DNA from: an uncultured delta proteobacterium
GTDB lineage: Bacteria; Desulfobacterota; Binatia; Binatales; Binataceae
Direction of reading: 5' to 3'
Assembly: GCA_963808235.1 (NCBI GenBank)
Contig: CAWEEQ010000004.1
Span: 2,304,001-2,368,000 of the forward strand
DNA length: 64,000 nt
The first letter of the stretch is position 1; each line of letters opens with the position of its first letter. Below, in pieces: positions 57,674-64,000 of the stretch. The translations under genes and the position numbers were made by a program. The notes beneath the pieces are model-generated. The model was not told the origin of the DNA and searched no databases. It saw only the letters and a program-made list of their open reading frames with translations.

Positions 57674-58848
57674 TTACCCGCCGCTTTGCTCGACCAATTT
57701 GCGTAGCCGCTCAGCGCCCTCTCTCGCGACCTGCTCTTGCTCGGGGTTGCTCCCAGAGCCATCGAGATCGAGCAGGTCGTAGTATAGCCTGCCCTTCAGC
57801 TTCGCGACTTCATTGACGAACGTGGTGCCGTAGTCGCGCTCGGGGTCACCCATCGCAAACGCTTGGCGGGTGATCGTCCAGCTTTCCGGACGGAGCGCGC
57901 GCGCTTTCTTGAAGTATGGGACCGCATCGGGCGCGTGCCCGGTCTCGCAAAGATATTCGGCGAGCCTGAAATACGCGGCCGCCTGAGCGTGCTCGCGAGT
58001 CGGCAGTTTTAGTTTGCGCTGGACTTCGTCCGCGTTCATCACAAAGCGGCTCTTCGCGCCGTTCTTTGCCCAGTCGCGAAGCGCATCGAGGTAGCGCGCT
58101 GAATCGATGCCGGTGATCGCGCGAAACGTGTCGAGCGCGTAGGCAACTTCATTTGGCCGCACGATCATTCCCGACTCGTCGATCCACACTGCGGTCGGTA
58201 CATTCACCATGTTGTAGAGTTCGGCGACGACGTGCTTCGCGTCGATCAGCGAAGGATGCACAGCTTTGCCGGCCTTGATGAACGGGCCGGCGGCCACTGC
58301 GCCGCCGGTGTCAAAGGCAATCGTGATGATCGCGAAATTTAGGTCCTTAAGTTCCTCGTACAGCGCCTGCCACCCGGGCAGGTCCAGGGAGCATCCTCAC
58401 CACGAGGCCCACGCGAGCAGGAAAACTTTCTTGCCGCGATAATCGGAGAGGCGATGCATCTTGCCGTCGAGATCGGGCAGTTCGAAATCCGGGGCTTTGA
58501 GAGACTTGAGCGCGTTGCCGCGCTCCGCTGCCTCGGCGCCGAAATACCAGACGCGATGCGTCGAATCGCCTGCCCACGGCTTGTTCATCAGATCGGCGAG
58601 TGCGGTGAAGTTGAGATAAGTCGCGCCGCGCAAGCTTCGAGGTGAATTTGGCGCCGGCTCCGGGCGGAATCGGCACGCACAAATCGCCGCGGCAAATTCC
58701 TTCGCGGCTTGAGCTCCCATCCCGCAGCCCGCTTGAGCTCAATCGTTTCGAGCCACAGCGCATCGGGCTCCGCGATTGCGCGTTCGAATTTCAGCGGACG
58801 CTCTTCGTGGATGATTGTTGCCGCGGCCGGTTTTGTTGCATTTGCCAT
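57674..58848 (-). CDS. TlpA/ResA-like thioredoxin-fold protein, putative selenoprotein (UGA at 58399-58397; frameshifts about 58706 and 58632)
   Basis: APDFELPDLDG..H.LSDYRGKKV...WASW*GC..DLP.W continues in frame into ORF 57674..58297 (NVPT.VWID). Confidence 0.8.
58366..58382 (-). promoter_or_regulatory. Candidate bacterial SECIS hairpin
   Basis: CCTGCC-CGGGT-GGCAGG on the minus strand, 14 nt after the UGA. G is the second loop base. Confidence 0.55.
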
Positions 58849-58885
58849 CCTTGTCTCTCACTTCGTTCCGAAAAGTTTGCGCATC

Positions 58886-61462
58886 TTATAATTCTGCGGC
58901 TTTGAGGACCGCTTGCAAATTTACGCCCTCGCGGCGTCGGAAGCCGACCGCGACGCTCAAGCGCTCGAGATGCTGATCTATTATCTTGCCGCCAAGCCGG
59001 ACCCGATGCTCGGCGAAGAACTTCTTTACTTCGTCCTCGCGATCGAGCAGCGCGACGACCGCCTCGCACATCCGCGGCAGCGCGTTGTCGGGATACTTCA
59101 GGATCATGTCGGGCCAATGCGCGCGCATATAGTCCCAGGCTTCGTATCGGAAGGTATTGTTGAGCAGCAGCGAATGCATCAGGTACGGCGCATTCTGGGT
59201 GCGAACCTCTCCGTCGAGGGTCATCGCCATGGTTTTTTTGAGCAGAGCTGGATCTCGAAAACCGGCGAGCGCAAACAGGTAGCGCTGCTCTTCCTGCGGG
59301 GTGCGTGGCGACTTGAATTTGCGTTTGAATTCGTCATAGCGCGTGGCGTCTCCGCAATGGGCGAGGATATTCACCAGCGGAGGAACGAGATCGCGATCGG
59401 CTGACTCGGGATTGTCTTCGAAGCGGGCATAAAGATCGCGCGCGCGCTTCTGCACTTCAGGATCCTCGCCGATCGTGCCGAGTGCGCCGATCAACGTCCC
59501 GCGCAGTTGGCGCGCGAGCTCGCTCTCGCCGACTCTTGGCTCCCAGCCGAGCCGTGCCGCGGCGGGACCGACAATCTTGCGCAGCGCTGACGCAAGCGCC
59601 GGACGGTCGGCATCCGATGCGACCATGTCTAGATAGGCGAACGCGCCGATCAACGCGCGCCATACGTTGATATCGGTCTCGCCCGTAAAAAGGCGCGCCA
59701 TCCTCAGGAACTCGCTGAGCGGGCCGAGTCCGGCGACGGTCGCCGCCCAGGTATCGCTAACGAGGCCGAAGCGCTCGATCGGCGCGAGCGCGCCCAAATT
59801 TTTCGTGATCGACTCGAGCAGTTGCGGCGCGTAGTGCACGCGATAGAAGCCATGTCCGCCCTCGTTGAGCAGCGCCCATTCGAGTTTGCCGTCCAGGTCG
59901 AGAGTCTGTTCGCGACCGGTGAGCAGCATCTTGTGGGTCGAGACGCCGCGATCGGTCTTCGTACGAACCATCACGGGCACATGCCACAACTGGTCGTTGT
60001 CTTCGGACAGATAAAAGAAGCGGCGCTGCGAGAGCCGGAGTCCGCGGCCGTCAGCGGTCGGCGCCGCGTCGACGATTGGAAAGCCGGGTTGAAAGATCCA
60101 CGAGTCCATCATTTTGCGCACCGGCTCGCGGGACGCCGCTTCGAGCGCATCCCACAGGTCGCCGGTCTCGGTGTTGTTGAACTGATGCTTCTTCAAGTAG
60201 AGGCGTATTCCATCGCGAAAGACCTCGGCGCCGAGAAACTGCTCGAGCATCCGCAACACGGCAGCGCCCTTCTCGTAGGTCAGGATGTCGAACATCGCGC
60301 GGCAGTCTTCGGGACTCAGCACGGTGAATTCAATCGGCCGGGTGCTACGCAACCCGTCGATAGACATCGCGGCCGCGCGCGAGACGCTGAAACTTTCCCA
60401 TCGCTTCCACTCAGGCTTCCACGCGTTGACCGCGAGCATCTCCATGAAAGTGGCGAACGCCTCGTTGAGCCAGATCCCGTTCCACCATCGCATCGTGACG
60501 AGATCGCCAAACCACATGTGCGCGTTTTCGTGGGAGACGACGTCGGCGACGCGCTCGAGCTCGGCGCGCGAGGCGGTTTTTTCGTCGGCGAGCAGCGCGG
60601 TCTCGCGGAACGTGATCGCGCCGAGGTTCTCCATCGCGCCCGACGCGAAGTCGGGAATCGCAATCAGATCGAGCTTGTCGCCCGGATACTTGAGTCCGTA
60701 GTAGTCGGCGAAGTACTTGAGTGAGAATGCTCCGATGCGCTGCGCCCAGCTGGTCAGCGACTCCTTGCCCGGCACGTGAACGATTCGAAGCGGCGTGCCC
60801 GCATCGACCGGAGCAGTCGCCTCGAACTCGCCGATGATGAACGCGACCAGGTAGGTGGACATCGGGATCGTCTCCTTGAAGACGACCTCTTTCTTGCCAC
60901 CCGACAATTTCCGTTCGCTCTCCTGGCCGCCGTTGGAAATCGCCGCGAGCGGTTCGTCGACGATCAGGATCACCTCGTAGCTGGCCTTGAGCTCGGGCTC
61001 GTCCCAGCACGGAAACGCGCGCCGCGCGTCGGTGGATTCGAACTGCGTTGTCGCGACGGTGTGAACTCGGCCCGCGGCGTCCTGATACTGGCTGCGGTAA
61101 AAGCCGTGCAGCTTGTCGTTGAGAATTCCGCGAAATGCAATCGTTAGCGTCCAATCGCCGGGCGCGAGTTTTTCCGGGAAGCGGAGATGCGCGCGCTCCT
61201 TTGCGGGTTCGAGCTCGGCCTTCGCCGCGAGAGATTTTCCGGTGCGCTCCGCGGACGCACGGTCGATCTCAAGCTCGAGCGCATTGAGCACTACGTCATC
61301 GGTCGTCTCGTTGACGGTGACCGCGATCGTCACCTCGCCGGCAAAGGTGAACGCCTTGAGATCGGGCGTGAGGCGAATTTCGTAGCGCTTGGGAGTGACG
61401 TTTTTCGGCAGCCGATAGTCCTGGATTGAATCTGCGAGCGGCGCTCTGTCCTGATCGCGCAT
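58886..61462 (-). CDS. pepN: M1-family aminopeptidase N
   Basis: GAMEN, HENAH-x18-E, YEKG, ERAP1-like C-domain. Confidence 0.92.
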   Translation of the reverse strand: MRDQDRAPLADSIQDYRLPKNVTPKRYEIRLTPDLKAFTFAGEVTIAVTVNETTDDVVLNALELEIDRASAERTGKSLAAKAELEPAKERAHLRFPEKLAPGDWTLTIAFRGILNDKLHGFYRSQYQDAAGRVHTVATTQFESTDARRAFPCWDEPELKASYEVILIVDEPLAAISNGGQESERKLSGGKKEVVFKETIPMSTYLVAFIIGEFEATAPVDAGTPLRIVHVPGKESLTSWAQRIGAFSLKYFADYYGLKYPGDKLDLIAIPDFASGAMENLGAITFRETALLADEKTASRAELERVADVVSHENAHMWFGDLVTMRWWNGIWLNEAFATFMEMLAVNAWKPEWKRWESFSVSRAAAMSIDGLRSTRPIEFTVLSPEDCRAMFDILTYEKGAAVLRMLEQFLGAEVFRDGIRLYLKKHQFNNTETGDLWDALEAASREPVRKMMDSWIFQPGFPIVDAAPTADGRGLRLSQRRFFYLSEDNDQLWHVPVMVRTKTDRGVSTHKMLLTGREQTLDLDGKLEWALLNEGGHGFYRVHYAPQLLESITKNLGALAPIERFGLVSDTWAATVAGLGPLSEFLRMARLFTGETDINVWRALIGAFAYLDMVASDADRPALASALRKIVGPAAARLGWEPRVGESELARQLRGTLIGALGTIGEDPEVQKRARDLYARFEDNPESADRDLVPPLVNILAHCGDATRYDEFKRKFKSPRTPQEEQRYLFALAGFRDPALLKKTMAMTLDGEVRTQNAPYLMHSLLLNNTFRYEAWDYMRAHWPDMILKYPDNALPRMCEAVVALLDREDEVKKFFAEHRVRLGGKIIDQHLERLSVAVGFRRREGVNLQAVLKAAEL

Positions 61463-61567
61463 CGGGATGTTACTTCCTTCTATGTAGTCGAGTCTTGAAT
61501 TTCGCGGCGCTCGCGCGCGCCCCATCGGCACTCAGCCTAGTTCAAACCGCGTCGATGCGCGAGCAAT

Positions 61568-62083
61568 TTATTCGCCGGGGAGCCGCAGCGGACGCTCCAG
61601 CCATGCCACGTCCCAGTAGCGGTCGAACTTGCGGCCGCATTCGCTGAACACGCCGACCTCGGTGAACCCGAACCGTCGATGGAGCTTGACCGACGCGTCG
61701 TTGGGCAACGTGATTCCGGCCAGCAGACGATTGATGTCCTCGTTCCTGAGTGCGTCGAATAACACGCGGTACATCGCCGCGCCGATCCCTCGCCCGGTCG
61801 CGTCGGGCGCGCAATAGATCGTCGTCTCCACGCTGGTGTCGTAGGCGGCGCGGTCGCGAAACGATCCGGTCCCCGCCCAACCCATAACGGTCCCCCCGAT
61901 TTCCGCAACGAACAGGCGATGCCGCGCGCCGCCGGCATGCCCTTCGAACCATCGCAAGCGCTCCTCGACGGTCACCGGCTTCAGGTCGAAAGTGATCGGC
62001 GTGTTGATAACGTAGTGATTGTAAATTTCCGTGAGCCGCGGCAGGTCCGCGCGCACCGCCGGCCGAACGTTTACGTCGTTCAT
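61568..62083 (-). CDS. Phosphinothricin/YncA-type GNAT acetyltransferase
   Basis: IYNHYV..T..TF, GRGIG, N.AS..LH..FGF, G.KF.R.WD. Confidence 0.9.
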   Translation of the reverse strand: MNDVNVRPAVRADLPRLTEIYNHYVINTPITFDLKPVTVEERLRWFEGHAGGARHRLFVAEIGGTVMGWAGTGSFRDRAAYDTSVETTIYCAPDATGRGIGAAMYRVLFDALRNEDINRLLAGITLPNDASVKLHRRFGFTEVGVFSECGRKFDRYWDVAWLERPLRLPGE

Positions 62084-62143
62084 GATTGCTCGCATCCTCC
62101 CCTGGAAGTCTGAATATGAAACAACGTCACTAGCAGAATTGTT

Positions 62144-63004
62144 TCAAGCGGCGAGATCGCTCTTGCCGAGATCGGCGAACGTTGTCAGTTCGATCCGGTT
62201 GCGATCGATCGCCTCGCGCACCCGCGGACTGGTAAGAATCTCCACTTCGAGCTGCGCTTCGGCTCCAGGAGGGACCCCGCCGATGTCGGACGCCGGATGA
62301 AAATACAACTCGGTGGTGCCGTCGCGAAGCCGATCGATCACGCCCACGATATAATCTTCTCCAAGATGCCCGCTCTGATGAAGTCCGAACAGCGCGTCGG
62401 TCGAGCGGAGCCCGCGCTCGGCCATCATCCGGCGCGTCCGCCGCGACAGGGTGCGGAAAATAGCCGACTCGACCAGCTTGCGGGTGGGGTGATCGCGCCG
62501 GAGCCGGAGCGTGGTCATGACGCGCTCGCGCGGCAGACGAATGCATGGAACTTTGTATTCGACCGCAAGGTCGATCAGAATGTCGGCGAACAATGGATGC
62601 ACGTGAAAATTAAGATGGCCGTCGATATGGTTGAGATAGCCGATCAGCTCCAGATGCCGTTCGACCTGCGCGCGGAGTTCGTCCGTCATTTTCGCGCGCA
62701 TCGATCGATCGAAGAAATAACGCATCCCCGCCAGGACCGGATTCTCGATGAACTGTCCCGACGCTGTGACCGCACCGTGAAGCTGCGCCGCGTCGAGCAC
62801 GCTTCGCCCCTTGCAGACCACCGCATGCAGTCCGACGTCGAGCGCGGGATTCTGCGCCGCCAGTTCAGCTGCCGGTTTGGCCGACTGCTCGGCGACCATC
62901 AGGCTCGCGCCGCCCAATATTCCGTCGCGATGCGCGCGGATGATGCCGGCGTTGACCTCGGGCGACAAGCCGAAGTCGTCGGCGCTGACGATCAATCGCT
63001 TCAA
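62144..63004 (-). CDS. hpnK: Hopanoid biosynthesis-associated protein HpnK (YdjC/ChbG family)
   Basis: ADDFG, GLH, G.RYFF, H.DGH..FH.HP, FGL..SG, ELYFHP. Confidence 0.85.
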   Translation of the reverse strand: MKRLIVSADDFGLSPEVNAGIIRAHRDGILGGASLMVAEQSAKPAAELAAQNPALDVGLHAVVCKGRSVLDAAQLHGAVTASGQFIENPVLAGMRYFFDRSMRAKMTDELRAQVERHLELIGYLNHIDGHLNFHVHPLFADILIDLAVEYKVPCIRLPRERVMTTLRLRRDHPTRKLVESAIFRTLSRRTRRMMAERGLRSTDALFGLHQSGHLGEDYIVGVIDRLRDGTTELYFHPASDIGGVPPGAEAQLEVEILTSPRVREAIDRNRIELTTFADLGKSDLAA

Positions 63005-63140
63005 CCGAACTACTCCGCTATGCCAGCGGTTGGCGCGCGGAACGGCTTTGACCTGCTGAAGAGCACGGTAGCAATTTTGCTAGCATAAGCGGGTTCGCTC
63101 AAGCGCTCGAAGGAAATAACTCCGCGATGAGACCACGCGA

Positions 63141-63935
63141 TTGATTCTTGTCTTTTACGCATTCGCACGTGAAGTCGGCAGCTTCAAACGCCGCGCTATC
63201 AATCCAACGCCGCTGGCTCATGAAGGCCTGCGCGGCTTTCATGCGATGGTCGGCGGCAAAACATTCTCGGTCATCGGACATGGAATCGGGACTCGTCGAG
63301 CGGCGGAGACCGCGCGGCGCGCGTTCGATTTGATGCCCGGCGCGGAATTGGTGATCGGTACCGGCGTCGCGGGCGCGCTGTCGAGTGAGCTCAAGCCGGG
63401 CGATCTGATTCTTGCGGACCAGAATCTTCGCGAGCCGCGCTGAAGATGAAGCCGCTGAGCAGGTAGCCGAGATTGACGGCGCGCAACTCGATGCGATTGG
63501 CCGATCGCTGTCCGCGGCCGGGAGTCAAATACTCGACCGGCGCGATCCTGACCACCGATCGCGTGCTTACGGTTGCCGAAAAGCACAGCGCGAAGGAGGA
63601 GACTGGCGCGATCGCGGTGGACATGGAATCCGCCGCGATCGCTCTGGAAGCGGCCGCGCGCGGACTTCCCTTCGTCGTGCTGAGAGCGGTGCTCGACGAA
63701 GTCGATGACGAAGTTGCCGGCGCCGACGCGATGGCCGACGAGAATGGGCAACGTCAAACCGCTCGCCGCGACGGCATACCTGATGCGCAATCCCGGGAGC
63801 GTGCTGAGACTTCCGCGGATGATTCGCAATCTCTCTTTGGCGGCCACCGCGATCGCCGACGCGCTCGAGGCGATCGCCTACGAAGGAAAAATTCCGGTCA
63901 GGAATTCCGTGGCGGCGAAAAAGCTCCGGCGCTGA
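63141..63935 (+). CDS. PNP/MTA-nucleosidase family phosphorylase, HpnG-like (three frameshifts about 63420, 63523, 63747)
   Basis: GIG, GVAGAL...LKPGD, then in shifted frames AVDMES and LRAVLD. Confidence 0.75.
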
Positions 63936-64000
63936 AACCTCCGTCGATCGGCACCGCCACTCCGGTGATAAATCCAGCCTCGTCTGACGCGAGGAATGCC

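Noticed and set aside
58347-58848. Three separate short ORFs upstream of 57674-58297
   Set aside because: They join into one coherent protein through two single-base indels and a UGA at the catalytic position.

Overview
A GC-rich, gene-dense bacterial chromosomal window with about 70 CDS. I recognised no rRNA, tRNA, CRISPR array or transposase. The gene content (F420-type LLM enzyme, hopanoid hpnR/hpnK/hpnG-like genes, a WYLMxPP secreted protein) suggests a Candidatus Binatota-like soil bacterium, which is an inference. It contains the rplU-rpmA-(LLM, higBA)-obgE-proB-proA-nadD-rsfS block, efp, trmB, bamD, malQ, pepN, a partial 4-hydroxyphenylacetate (hpa) cluster, and four toxin-antitoxin-related loci. 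The most notable items are: (1) an amidohydrolase / crotonase / acyl-CoA ligase / degenerate crotonase operon bracketed by two tiny desulforedoxin-motif (CxxC-x15-CC) proteins, one missing from the ORF track; (2) a NirB/NasB-type FAD/NADH+[2Fe-2S] module fused to a PNPOx-like flavin domain instead of the siroheme domain; (3) a hidden UGA-readthrough selenoprotein candidate (WASW-U-GC) with a SECIS-like hairpin; (4) a sigma54 promoter plus a perfect upstream inverted repeat in front of an uncharacterised gene; (5) an EF-P with Asn at the loop tip next to an amino-methyltransferase. About 11 single-base frameshifts in otherwise intact genes most likely reflect long-read consensus errors.
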